Shown piece by piece: positions 54,448 through 63,808 of a DNA stretch of 64,000 nucleotides; position 1 is the stretch's first letter; every line of letters starts with the position of its first letter. The notes under the pieces were generated by a model. It did no database searches. It was not told the origin of the DNA and was given only the letters and a program-made list of their open reading frames with translations. Origin of the DNA: an archaeon (lineage in GTDB: Archaea > Nanobdellota > Nanobdellia > SCGC-AAA011-G17 > GW2011-AR17); the NCBI GenBank assembly GCA_018653605.1, contig JABHYY010000018.1:29324-93323 (forward strand), read 5' to 3'. A program made the translations under genes and the position numbers.

Positions 54448-55112
54448 GCAAAATAAGAAAAGCTGGGAAAGGATTAGCAGGATTAGTTTCACTAGCTACT
54501 GTTGCAACAGGACTATATTTAGGTGCAACATATCTAACTATGAGAGATTATTTACATGCAGATATAGATTCTGAAATAACAAGAGTTGCAAGTTCTGGAA
54601 AACCAAAAGGTGGTTTAGTTACTATAGAAGAACATGTTAAAACAGCAAGAGATTTACTTTTATTTGGTAAAAATAGACTTCAAAGAGACGATAATCCAGG
54701 ATATGATTTAACTGTAGACAAAACAACAAACACAATGTATGTTTTTAATGGTGGAACTTTAATAAGAACAATTGATGTAGGCACTGGAGAAGAACTTATA
54801 GAAGATAAAGACAGATTTGGTCAATATGTTACACCAAATGGAGAGTATTTAGTAATAAAAGAATTTGATCAAGAAGCTTTAAGAAATAAGTTTGGTCAAG
54901 CACATGCAGATAAATACTATGCAGTTGGAATGTTACAATTATCAGGACCATGGGCACCACATATTGCAATTCATGGAACACCAGATCCAGACAAAATTGG
55001 AAAAAATAAATCTCATGGTTGTATCAATGTAGGTCTTGATGACATGGCTTGGATTATGGACAATGTTGGTATTGGCTCAACACTTAGTGTGTATATGTCT
55101 GCAACCAAATAA
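54444..55112 (+). CDS. L,D-transpeptidase (YkuD) catalytic-domain protein, membrane-anchored
   Basis: 222 aa; N-term TM; MYVFNGGTLIRTIDVGTG...TPNGEY...IAIHGTPDP...KSHGCINVGLDDMAWIMD (His/Cys catalytic motif SHGC). Confidence 0.75.
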   Translation: MSKIRKAGKGLAGLVSLATVATGLYLGATYLTMRDYLHADIDSEITRVASSGKPKGGLVTIEEHVKTARDLLLFGKNRLQRDDNPGYDLTVDKTTNTMYVFNGGTLIRTIDVGTGEELIEDKDRFGQYVTPNGEYLVIKEFDQEALRNKFGQAHADKYYAVGMLQLSGPWAPHIAIHGTPDPDKIGKNKSHGCINVGLDDMAWIMDNVGIGSTLSVYMSATK

Positions 55113-55132
55113 TTTATACTATTTCAAAGTAG

Positions 55133-55159
55133 TTACAAAACACAACTTTTATAAATCAG
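55133..55159 (+). promoter_or_regulatory. second copy of BRE/TATA promoter ttacaaaacacaacttttataaatcag
   Basis: See 53073..53098. Confidence 0.55.
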
Positions 55160-55177
55160 AAAAATGACAAATATAGT

Positions 55178-56068
55178 ATGAAAACCTTAGAATTTTCACA
55201 CAATAGAGGTAGATCACCAAGAGGGTTGATAACAGAGAGGTATAACCCACAGGACCAAGTTAGTGAGACACCAATAGTAATCCTTACTGGTTTTGGGACT
55301 ACACCTCCCCCAAAAGGAGATAGAGCTGAACTATCAGATCAGGAGCTTAGAAGAACAAGTTATTTAGGCTTGTTTCCTGGTCTGACAGCTCAATTAACAG
55401 GTCATCCAGTCCACATTACATACCATCCTGCAGTTTCGAGATTAATCACAAGAGCAGGTCTTTACAGTGCAGATGCAGCACAAATGCAATTTGAAGATTC
55501 ACCAGAAGGACATTACTTTCTACACAGCATGGCAGCATGTATAGGATATGATATACTAACAAGAGATAGAAGATATGCAGGTAAAACAGAGAAAGCAAAA
55601 AGTATCACACTTGCAGCACCCTGGACAACTGCAAGAGATGCACTAAGCCATAAAGGAAAAGTTAGAAAATTATTAGGAGTTGATTTAGAAACAGCATTCA
55701 AACTATTACAACATCTTCCAATACCATGTTGGTATCCAAATACAAACCAAACATGGCATGATGGAGATGGAGAAACAGAAAAAAGCAAACATTGGGGAGC
55801 AGCATTAATTCCAAGAGCAACTTCAGCAAGATATGCACTAACACTAGATGCAAAAAAAAAGTTAGCAGATGTAAAAGTAAGTCAAACTCCATTAGTAATT
55901 GATACAAAACAAGACAGAGTATTTAGTGAAGATAGAACAGAAATAGCAGAAATGCTTAAAGCAAGAATTACAAAGATTGAAGCAGGACACAGATTTTTCA
56001 CAGCAGAAAGAGAAAAGTTAGTACCAGTAATAGAAAGATTTCATGAACATATAGAGGCAAGCGAATGA
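55178..56068 (+). CDS. alpha/beta-hydrolase-fold protein (putative esterase/peptidase), ~40% GC
   Basis: 296 aa; IVILTGFG, LHSMAAC (variant nucleophile elbow), C-terminal D...AGHRFF (Asp/His of triad). Confidence 0.4.
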   Translation: MKTLEFSHNRGRSPRGLITERYNPQDQVSETPIVILTGFGTTPPPKGDRAELSDQELRRTSYLGLFPGLTAQLTGHPVHITYHPAVSRLITRAGLYSADAAQMQFEDSPEGHYFLHSMAACIGYDILTRDRRYAGKTEKAKSITLAAPWTTARDALSHKGKVRKLLGVDLETAFKLLQHLPIPCWYPNTNQTWHDGDGETEKSKHWGAALIPRATSARYALTLDAKKKLADVKVSQTPLVIDTKQDRVFSEDRTEIAEMLKARITKIEAGHRFFTAEREKLVPVIERFHEHIEASE

Positions 56069-57117
56069 ATAGAAGAGATTTTCTAAAAAATTTAGGATTA
56101 GGAACAGCAGCTTTATACTTAGGAGGCTGTTCAGAACAACCTGCAGACAATGATTCTACAATTCAAGAAGAACCTATTCAAGAAACAACCCAAACATTAG
56201 AAGATCTTTTAACACAAGATATTGAATTCACAGCAGATGACCTTTACAAACATTATGATGTTAATATAACACCAGAAGAATTAGTTTATCTAACAAGAGC
56301 TATTTACCACGAAGGTTCAGATGAAAAAGCTTTAGTTCAAGTAGGAACAAGATGGATCACAAACAAAGAAGGTAAAAAAGAAGAAGTTCCAGTAAAAGCT
56401 TTTGACTTAGATCAATTACAAGAATCATACAGAAGAATTGCCCATGTTATCAATAACAGATACCAATTTGACAACTGTACAGAAGAGTTTGAAAACCTTA
56501 CAGGAAAACTACAATTCAGTAAAAATGGTACTTTTGAAAGTATCCTAAGAGAATGTAAATCAATTGATGAAGAAGGTAGACCAAGAGATTGTCAATTTAG
56601 TTGTACACATTTTCATTACAAAGATTTCCAAACAGCAGAAAAAGAAGGAGAATACAGTTTGGCTACAGGAGATATCAATTCAGATAGAGCTCTATTAGCA
56701 TACAGAGCACTCTTAGAAGTTCTGACAGGAGAACATCAAGATCCAACAGGCAGAGCACTATGGTATAAAAATAAAAAATTAGCAGAAAAACAAAAAGGAA
56801 AACCCATTAAATGGAATGGAGAAGAAGCATTTGCAACAGAAACAATAGAATGTTCTGAGATTGAAAAGATACCAAGTACATCAATTGCAAAAAGGATTGA
56901 ACAAAGAGATCCAAAAATTACATGTAGAGCTGACCAGTCATTTAGGATGAAATCTACAAATAAATTTCTAAGCCATGATTACTACACTGTTGAAGCAGAA
57001 GAAAGAAAAGAAATGCTTTATGACAGTGGAAATGACACAGGCCATACTTACAAAAATGGTAAATGGTTACCAAGGCAAAGTTTTAGTAAAAAAGTACCAG
57101 CACACCTTCGTAAGTAA
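56065..57117 (+). CDS. Tat-signal lipoprotein with SleB/CwlJ-like cell-wall hydrolase domain
   Basis: 350 aa; MNRRDFLKNLGLGTAALYLGGCSE (twin-Arg + lipobox); LTRAIYHEGSDE...VINNRYQ...QFS...DPTGRALWYKN resemble Hydrolase_2 (SleB) conserved positions. Confidence 0.5.
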   Translation: MNRRDFLKNLGLGTAALYLGGCSEQPADNDSTIQEEPIQETTQTLEDLLTQDIEFTADDLYKHYDVNITPEELVYLTRAIYHEGSDEKALVQVGTRWITNKEGKKEEVPVKAFDLDQLQESYRRIAHVINNRYQFDNCTEEFENLTGKLQFSKNGTFESILRECKSIDEEGRPRDCQFSCTHFHYKDFQTAEKEGEYSLATGDINSDRALLAYRALLEVLTGEHQDPTGRALWYKNKKLAEKQKGKPIKWNGEEAFATETIECSEIEKIPSTSIAKRIEQRDPKITCRADQSFRMKSTNKFLSHDYYTVEAEERKEMLYDSGNDTGHTYKNGKWLPRQSFSKKVPAHLRK

Positions 57118-57351
57118 ATTTTATTAACTTCTACATCTAAATATTCTCCATGGAATGTAAAAAAGAACAAAACCTAAAGCATTGCAACTGCACCTATTCC
57201 TGCTCAAAAAAAGGGATCTGTTGTGAGTGCATAGCCTACCACAGAGCAAGGAGAGAGCTCCCTGCATGCTATTTTAGCAAAGAAAAGGAAGCAACCTATA
57301 ACAGAGGTATGGATAACCTTTAATAACATCAAAATCCATCAAAAACACCAT

Positions 57352-57440
57352 GGGCCTATGATGTAATCTGGATAGCATATCTGGCTTCGGATTGAAAAAG
57401 GAGATACCAGAATATGGGGGTTCAAATCCTCCTAGGCCCA
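57352..57440 (+). tRNA. tRNA-Arg (anticodon UCG) with ~15-nt canonical (37/38) intron at ~57391..57405
   Basis: GGGCCUA-UG-AUGU-AAUCUGGAUA-GCAU-A-UCUGG-CUUCGG[AUUGAAAAAGGAGAU]A-CCAGA-AUAU-GGGGG-UUCAAAU-CCUCC-UAGGCCC-A. Confidence 0.65.
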
Positions 57441-57891
57441 TTATTATATTCAGGTGGTTGTAAACCACCTCTCATTTGATCAAACTTTGAAAAAGTTTGG
57501 TTTGAATCAGTCCTAGGCCCATATTTTCACCAAAAATCAGCTCAGACCCAACATGGCAGTCAAAACCAAGAATTTCCCTACAAAAGACCTTTCAAAACCA
57601 TTAAATTCTATCAATACAAGCCCTGTACCCCAAAACCACAAATTATATAAATAAGCACTAGTTTTATAAAAGTAAGCCCGGCATGAGAATACTCAATGGA
57701 GTACGGCAACGGCCAACACAATGAGCTTGGGAGTTAGTGTTACGGGCAATATCATAATACAAACACGAGTAAAAGATAATCATATTTACTAACATTCATT
57801 TCGGTTTCGAGAGTTAGAGTGTAAAACGGTTGGGAGAGGGAGAATCGTTTTACCTAATAGGAATTTCTTTACTTGTAGGAGGAAAATAAAA

Positions 57892-59157
57892 ATGGGAAAA
57901 ATAAGTCCGGTATCTTCAAAATATATCGTTCACGCATCAATCCAAATTGAAGGTGTGGTTGACAGACCAGACATCATTGGAGCTGTATTTGGTCAAACAG
58001 AAGGTTTACTAGGTTCAGATTTAGAACTAAGAGAACTTCAAAGATCAGGTAGAGTTGGCAGGATTGAAGTAAATACAGACACAAAATCAGGCAAAACAGA
58101 AGGAGTAATAACAATACCTTCAAGTCTAGATAAAGCAGAAACAGCAATAGTTGCAGCTTCATTAGAAACAATTCAAAGAATTGGTCCTTGTAATGCAAAA
58201 GTTAAAATTGGAAAAATTGAAGATGTTAGAATTTCAAAAAGAACTTTCTTAATCAGTAGAGCAAAAGAATTATTAAAAAATCTTACAGAAGATGTTTTAC
58301 CAGATTCTCAAGAAATTACAGAAGAAGTAAACAAATCAGTAAGAATGATGAACATCACTGAATATGGAAGAGAAAGATTACCAGCAGGTCCAGCAGTTGA
58401 AGATGGAGAAGAAATAATCATTGTAGAAGGAAGAGCAGATGTTCTGAACTTACTAAAATGCGGATTCAAAAATGCAGTTGCTTTGAATGGTACATCAATG
58501 CCAACCTCAATCATAGAATTAACAAAACAAAAAACAGTAACTTTGTTTGTTGATGGTGACAGAGGTGGAGACTTGATTATCAAAGAAGTAACAGCTAGAG
58601 CAGAAATTGATTTTGTTGTAAAAGCACCAGATGGCAAAGAAGTTGAAGAGATAACTAAGAAAGAAATCCATAAAGCTCTAAGAGGAAAGGTTGCAGTAGA
58701 GCAAGCAAAAATGGAAATCAAAGATGCGCCAAGATCAAGACCAGCATTTCAGAAAAAGCCAGCTTACCAAAGAAGCGCCCCTGCAAGAGGTCCAGCCTCA
58801 AGAGGTCCTGCTTCAAGAGGTCCAGCACCAAGAGCACCGGTTAAAAAAGTAGTTTTAAAATTAAGCGAAAAACACCTTGCTAAATTTAAAGAATTATTGG
58901 ATGACTTGGTTGGTACAAGAGGAGCATTTATCTTAGATGCAAAAATGGAAATTTTAGGAAAGGTTCCAGCAACAGAATTACCAAGCACAGTAAGAAGTTT
59001 GAAAGACATCAATGCAGTTGTTTTTGATGGCACAATTACAAAAGACTTCCTATCACTTGCAGAGAGATCAGGTGTAAAGTGTGTTGTTGCAATGGATTCT
59101 AAAGTAAATCCAAAAGATGCAAACATAAGAATTTTAACTTCTTCTTATTTTAAGTAG
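57892..59157 (+). CDS. dnaG: archaeal DnaG-type primase (TOPRIM)
   Basis: 421 aa; N-term MGKISPVSSKYIVHASIQIEG, TOPRIM IIVEGRADVLNLLKCG...LFVDGDRGG; strong SD aggagg; contains 3x SRGPA low-complexity insert. Confidence 0.85.
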   Translation: MGKISPVSSKYIVHASIQIEGVVDRPDIIGAVFGQTEGLLGSDLELRELQRSGRVGRIEVNTDTKSGKTEGVITIPSSLDKAETAIVAASLETIQRIGPCNAKVKIGKIEDVRISKRTFLISRAKELLKNLTEDVLPDSQEITEEVNKSVRMMNITEYGRERLPAGPAVEDGEEIIIVEGRADVLNLLKCGFKNAVALNGTSMPTSIIELTKQKTVTLFVDGDRGGDLIIKEVTARAEIDFVVKAPDGKEVEEITKKEIHKALRGKVAVEQAKMEIKDAPRSRPAFQKKPAYQRSAPARGPASRGPASRGPAPRAPVKKVVLKLSEKHLAKFKELLDDLVGTRGAFILDAKMEILGKVPATELPSTVRSLKDINAVVFDGTITKDFLSLAERSGVKCVVAMDSKVNPKDANIRILTSSYFK

Positions 59158-59192
59158 AGCTTGCTCTGCTAACTTTTTTTATTTTTTTAATT

Positions 59193-59753
59193 TTAGAAAA
59201 CTTTTAGATAAGGTCCAAAAAGTTTAGTATAATTGTCTTTTTTAGGACTTTTAGAATATTTTTTTAACAAATGTAATAATTTTTTCTTTCCAAGTTTGTC
59301 TAACAATAGCTTAACAGCCAAATAGCTATGTTCATAGCTTTTCTTATGCCAGCCTTTTTCTGTGTATAACAAAAAGTCAGGATTTATTTTTTTAATCTTA
59401 ATATTCATTTCCTTTTGAATATTCGTAGCCAAACCCTCAGAAAGCCATAAAGGTTTGTAAGTTCCAACAAATTTTTGGTAGAAAAGATGATTCATCTCAT
59501 GAGTAACAGTATCTTGATAACTTTCTAATTTATGACAACCTAATTTCTCATAAACAGAAGGAGCAAAAATAATAAGTTTTTTATTCCAAGCAAAAGCAAC
59601 CATCCATTTCTGAGTTTTCCCTTCCCATTCTTTGTCCATATCCTTTCTAGTTAAAACAGACCTTACATTAAATTTAATATCAAAGTTCCAAAAAGCCTTA
59701 TTAATTTTATAGGCTTTTTTTACACATTTTTCTAAGAATTTATTATCATCCAT
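59193..59753 (-). CDS. putative zinc metallopeptidase (HExxH: THEMNHLFY)
   Basis: 186 aa. Confidence 0.4.
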   Translation of the reverse strand: MDDNKFLEKCVKKAYKINKAFWNFDIKFNVRSVLTRKDMDKEWEGKTQKWMVAFAWNKKLIIFAPSVYEKLGCHKLESYQDTVTHEMNHLFYQKFVGTYKPLWLSEGLATNIQKEMNIKIKKINPDFLLYTEKGWHKKSYEHSYLAVKLLLDKLGKKKLLHLLKKYSKSPKKDNYTKLFGPYLKVF

Positions 59754-59806
59754 AAAAATAAATTGTTTTCAGATTTAATAAAGATTATGTTAAAACTAAT
59801 ACTTAA

Positions 59807-60115
59807 CTAACATAAAGATTCCAAATCAAATCCTCTTTCATCAAGATATCTTATAATTTTATGATGAGTTCCAAAAGACCCAATACCAGCATAAAGAATT
59901 ACAGCATTTTCAGTATCAGAAAAGTTAGCAGCAGTATGTCTGTCTCCATCAAGTTCATACGAAAGTTGAGCAAAATCTCCAAGACGAGCATTAACTTTAA
60001 GTCTCAATTCATACTCTGCACTTTCTTCATGAATTTCTGCTAACCTAAGAACTTCAACTGCTTCATCCAAAGTAATATCAACAAGTTTTCTTTCACCCAT
60101 AAAAGAAGAAACCAC
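59807..60115 (-). CDS. hypothetical protein
   Basis: 102 aa. Confidence 0.35.
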   Translation of the reverse strand: MVSSFMGERKLVDITLDEAVEVLRLAEIHEESAEYELRLKVNARLGDFAQLSYELDGDRHTAANFSDTENAVILYAGIGSFGTHHKIIRYLDERGFDLESLC

Positions 60116-60139
60116 ATTTACATTTATAAAAATTTATAT

Positions 60140-60412
60140 TATAGCAGGCATGTCAAGGATGAGTACCAAGCCAAGTAACCAGTTAACCCCAGAACTTCCT
60201 CAGCTCTGCGAACCCACAAGCGCCAGTGAAAGTGTTTAGGGCTGCTACATTCCTGTCCTGACCCGATTCACAAAACCACCAACCCAGTAGGACAAAGCTT
60301 CAACGTCCATTCTGAGACCAGCACCTAACAAGATACCGCTCCAAGACTTCAGTCCCTCATAAGTCGATTTAGGGTAACAGGTGACGACTAACCACCCACC
60401 TAGCCTGCCACT
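60140..60412 (-). ncRNA. signal recognition particle RNA (7S/SRP RNA), archaeal type
   Basis: GC-rich (~50%) non-coding stretch; minus strand carries helix-8-like GUCAGGACAGGAAUGUAGCAGCC (cf. GUCAGGxCCGGAAGGAAGCAGCC); 5' GCAGGC pairs with 3' GCCUGC. Confidence 0.5.
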
Positions 60413-60470
60413 AAAAAAGAGAAATCTCACACTTTTAAAGCTTTCTAAGCCCATAATAGCAAGCTAAAAA

Positions 60471-60782
60471 CTACTTTTTCTTCTTCTTATGCAGTTCTAA
60501 AGTGTAATACAAAGAAAGACAACTCAAAAACAGAACAATACTCTTCATAATAATATATACAGTATTTTTAATTTGTATAGAATAAATCAACATTAAAATA
60601 GAACCAATAATAAAAAATGTTGCAAATTTAACATCCAACCTACCTTTTTTATTCTTAATCAGATCAACAGCCTCAACAAGCCAAGCAATAATTAAAAAAA
60701 ACAATGCAGCATAACCAATCCATTCCATATAATAACTCAAGTATAGAAACTTAATAAATGTTACTAAACCCTTATTTCCCAA
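60471..60782 (-). CDS. small membrane protein
   Basis: 103 aa, 3 TM, KKKKK C-term. Confidence 0.4.
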   Translation of the reverse strand: MGNKGLVTFIKFLYLSYYMEWIGYAALFFLIIAWLVEAVDLIKNKKGRLDVKFATFFIIGSILMLIYSIQIKNTVYIIMKSIVLFLSCLSLYYTLELHKKKKK

Positions 60783-61675
60783 CCAGAATCAGAACTTACA
60801 AGAACAGAACCAATTCCTTGGCCAATGTAAAAAGAAGAATAAGCCATATAACCTTTTAATTTATCAAACAAAGTATCCTCTTCATTATACTCAGAAACAC
60901 CACCATTAGTAATTCCAGAAACCTCTTTAGCATAAGCAATTGCATAATCACTATCACCAAGCTCATCAATCAAACCTAACTCTTTAGCTTCTAAACCCAA
61001 GTAAAACAAACCAGTACTCAAATCAGAAACCTCTTCAAAAGTCATGTTTCGACCATTTGCAACTTCAGCAATAAAAAAACTATGAATAGTATCCAACCTC
61101 TCTTGAATAAGTGCTTCCTCTTCATCACTCATCTCTTTGTAAGGTGAACTAATATCTTTATGCTGTCCTGAAACCAACCTTTGATAACTAACATTATAAT
61201 CATCCAACAAACCAGAAAATTCAAGATAACTTCCTAAAACACCAATGCTACCAACAATACTAAGTTCATCAGCAATAATATAATCAGCTTGCGAAGCAAT
61301 CCAATAAGCACCAGAAGTTCCAGACTCAGTAATCACTGCAACAACAGGCTTTTCAACACTTCCAATTTTATCAGCAACTCTTTTTGAACCCATCACAGTA
61401 CCTCCAGGAGAATTAATTTCTAAAACAATTCCTTTGATTGAACTATCAGACTCAGCTTGTTCAATATTATTAACAATCTCTTCACCAGAAGTAGCACTCA
61501 TAAACAAACTTCCACCACCATTCAAAGTAATCATACCATTAACAGGAATCACAGCAACTTTATCACCAGCACCGATACTACCACTCACATCCACACCCAA
61601 AGCAAAGTTTGCAATAAAATAACTCAAACCCCACAAAAATGCTAAAAACAATAAAACTTTGAAAACTTTACTCAA
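60764..61675 (-). CDS. sppA: signal peptide peptidase SppA (S49 family)
   Basis: 303 aa; N-term TM, INSPGGTVMGS and IVGSIGVLG S49 motifs. Confidence 0.75.
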   Translation of the reverse strand: MSKVFKVLLFLAFLWGLSYFIANFALGVDVSGSIGAGDKVAVIPVNGMITLNGGGSLFMSATSGEEIVNNIEQAESDSSIKGIVLEINSPGGTVMGSKRVADKIGSVEKPVVAVITESGTSGAYWIASQADYIIADELSIVGSIGVLGSYLEFSGLLDDYNVSYQRLVSGQHKDISSPYKEMSDEEEALIQERLDTIHSFFIAEVANGRNMTFEEVSDLSTGLFYLGLEAKELGLIDELGDSDYAIAYAKEVSGITNGGVSEYNEEDTLFDKLKGYMAYSSFYIGQGIGSVLVSSDSGWEIRV

Positions 61676-62112
61676 AACAATCCCCTCCTTTTCTTTGGCT
61701 CATTAATAACCTCAGTCCTAGACAACTTTTCAAAATACCTTTGATGCTTTTTTGTGTAAAACATATACAAAACATCCAAAATCAAAACCAAAGTTGACAA
61801 CTTAGTAACATTCCTAGTAATAGCTTGCCACAATGTAATATTACCTTTAACTCTGATCCTCAACAAAATCTTACCAACAGTCTGCTGAAACCTCCACTCT
61901 AAGAAAGACCAATAAAGTAAAGTCAAAATAGCAATCACAACACCAATAAAAATAACCTCAGATGAAAAATTTAATGTAAACAAATCTGCAAAACTCTCAA
62001 CATCAGCATCAAGAAATCCAGAAAATGGAGTAACCACAAGAAATGATACAACAAATATATCAATTATATACGCAACAGCCCTTTTCCATAAAGGAGCAAA
62101 CCTCTTTTTCAT
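61672..62112 (-). CDS. RDD-family membrane protein
   Basis: 146 aa; KRAVAYIIDIFVV...R...D pattern, 3 TM. Confidence 0.6.
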   Translation of the reverse strand: MKKRFAPLWKRAVAYIIDIFVVSFLVVTPFSGFLDADVESFADLFTLNFSSEVIFIGVVIAILTLLYWSFLEWRFQQTVGKILLRIRVKGNITLWQAITRNVTKLSTLVLILDVLYMFYTKKHQRYFEKLSRTEVINEPKKRRGLF

Positions 62113-62164
62113 ACTACCTTAGCAATCAACAACATATATAAACTTTTCTTTATTAATTAATTTC

Positions 62165-63808
62165 ATGTATAAAGAGTTAATAAAAAAGATAATAGAAGAT
62201 AAGTTAGAAACACAAGAACAAGTACTAAAACTTACAAGAGAGCTTGCAAGAAAGTACAGACCAAAAGTGTTTCCATCATTAATACAGATTCTTTCACATG
62301 CAAATAATACAGAGTTTCAAAAGTTAAAACACTTAGTAACAAAACCAACAAGAACAATCTCTGGTGTCACACCAGTTGCGATCATGACATCACCTGAACA
62401 ATGTCCACATGGAAAATGTATTACATGCCCAGGAGGACCAAAATCACACTTTGGTGATATTCCACAATCCTACACAGGTCACGAACCAGCAACAATGCGA
62501 GGAGTTAGAAACAACTATGACCCTTATTTACAAGTTTTCAACAGATTAGAACAATTCATACTACTAAACCAATCAGTAGAAAAAGTTGAACTAATCATAA
62601 TGGGAGGAACCTTTCCAGCAAGAAAAGAATCTTACCAAAATGAATTCATAATGTACGCATTCAAAGCAATGAATGACTTTTCAAAATATTTTTTTAGAAA
62701 AGGTAAACTAGACTTCAAAAAATTCAAAATATTTTTCGAACTTCCAACAGAAAGTTTAAACCCAGAAAGAACAAAAAAAATTCAAAAGAAAATCCTAAAA
62801 TTAAAAACCAAATCAACTCTAAAGAAAGAACAAAAAACAAATGAAACAACAAAAGTAAGGTGCATAGGTCTAACAATAGAAACAAGACCAGACTATGCAC
62901 AACTTGAACATGCAAACCTAATGCTTGAACAAGGTTGTACCAGAGTTGAGCTAGGAATACAAAGTACACAAGAATCAGTGCTAAAACAAATGAACAGAGG
63001 TCACACAATAAAGCAAACAATCAAATCAATGCAAACACTAAAAGACCTTGGTTTCAAAATAAATGCACACTTTATGTTAGGCTTACCAAAACAAAGTGAT
63101 AAAGACATTTACAAACTATTCACAAAACAAGAATTCAGGCCAGACATGTTAAAGATATACCCATGCATGGTAATGCCAGGAACAGAATTAGAAAAGTTAT
63201 ACAAAAAAGGTAAATACAAACCACTAACAACAAACAAAGTAATAAACATTCTAAAAGATTTCAAACCAAAAGTTCCAAACTATGTTAGAATCATGCGAAC
63301 ACAAAGAGACATTCCAACAAAAGTTTCAATTGCAGGTGTTGACAAAACAAACCTAAGACAACTACTCCATAACAAATTGAAAAAACCTTGCAACTGTATT
63401 AGGTGCAATGAAATAAAATCAGAAATAACAAACCCAGAACTTAAAATTAAAAAATACAAAGCATCAAACAGCACAGAGTACTTTATATATATACACCAAA
63501 AAAAAGAAATAATTGGTTTCTGCAGGCTTCGATTCCCAAAAGGCAAGCTTAGAAAAGAAATAACAAAAGATTCAGCAATAATAAGAGAGTTACATGTTTA
63601 TGGCAAAGCAACAGGAATAAAGAAAAAAGGAAAAGTTCAACACAAAGGTTTTGGTAAACAATTAATGGAAAAAGCAGAACAGATTTGCAAAAAAAATAAC
63701 AAAACTAAACTCTTAGTAATCTCAGGTATAGGTGTAAGAGAATATTACATTAAAAAATTAGGTTATAAAAAAGATGGGCCTTATGTTTCTAAAACCCTGA
63801 AGCACTAG
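62165..63808 (+). CDS. elp3: Elp3-family radical SAM/GNAT protein (tRNA wobble-U carboxymethylation)
   Basis: 547 aa; CPHGKCITCPGG cluster, radical SAM core, C-terminal GNAT (HKGFGKQLMEKAEQI). Confidence 0.85.
   Translation: MYKELIKKIIEDKLETQEQVLKLTRELARKYRPKVFPSLIQILSHANNTEFQKLKHLVTKPTRTISGVTPVAIMTSPEQCPHGKCITCPGGPKSHFGDIPQSYTGHEPATMRGVRNNYDPYLQVFNRLEQFILLNQSVEKVELIIMGGTFPARKESYQNEFIMYAFKAMNDFSKYFFRKGKLDFKKFKIFFELPTESLNPERTKKIQKKILKLKTKSTLKKEQKTNETTKVRCIGLTIETRPDYAQLEHANLMLEQGCTRVELGIQSTQESVLKQMNRGHTIKQTIKSMQTLKDLGFKINAHFMLGLPKQSDKDIYKLFTKQEFRPDMLKIYPCMVMPGTELEKLYKKGKYKPLTTNKVINILKDFKPKVPNYVRIMRTQRDIPTKVSIAGVDKTNLRQLLHNKLKKPCNCIRCNEIKSEITNPELKIKKYKASNSTEYFIYIHQKKEIIGFCRLRFPKGKLRKEITKDSAIIRELHVYGKATGIKKKGKVQHKGFGKQLMEKAEQICKKNNKTKLLVISGIGVREYYIKKLGYKKDGPYVSKTLKH

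Noticed and set aside
57274-57468. 64-aa minus-strand ORF
   Set aside because: Lies antisense across tRNA-Arg(UCG) and its flanking hairpins; no start context; artefact of tRNA sequence.
60245-60454. 69-aa minus-strand ORF
   Set aside because: Sits entirely inside the GC-rich putative SRP RNA; composition-driven open frame.
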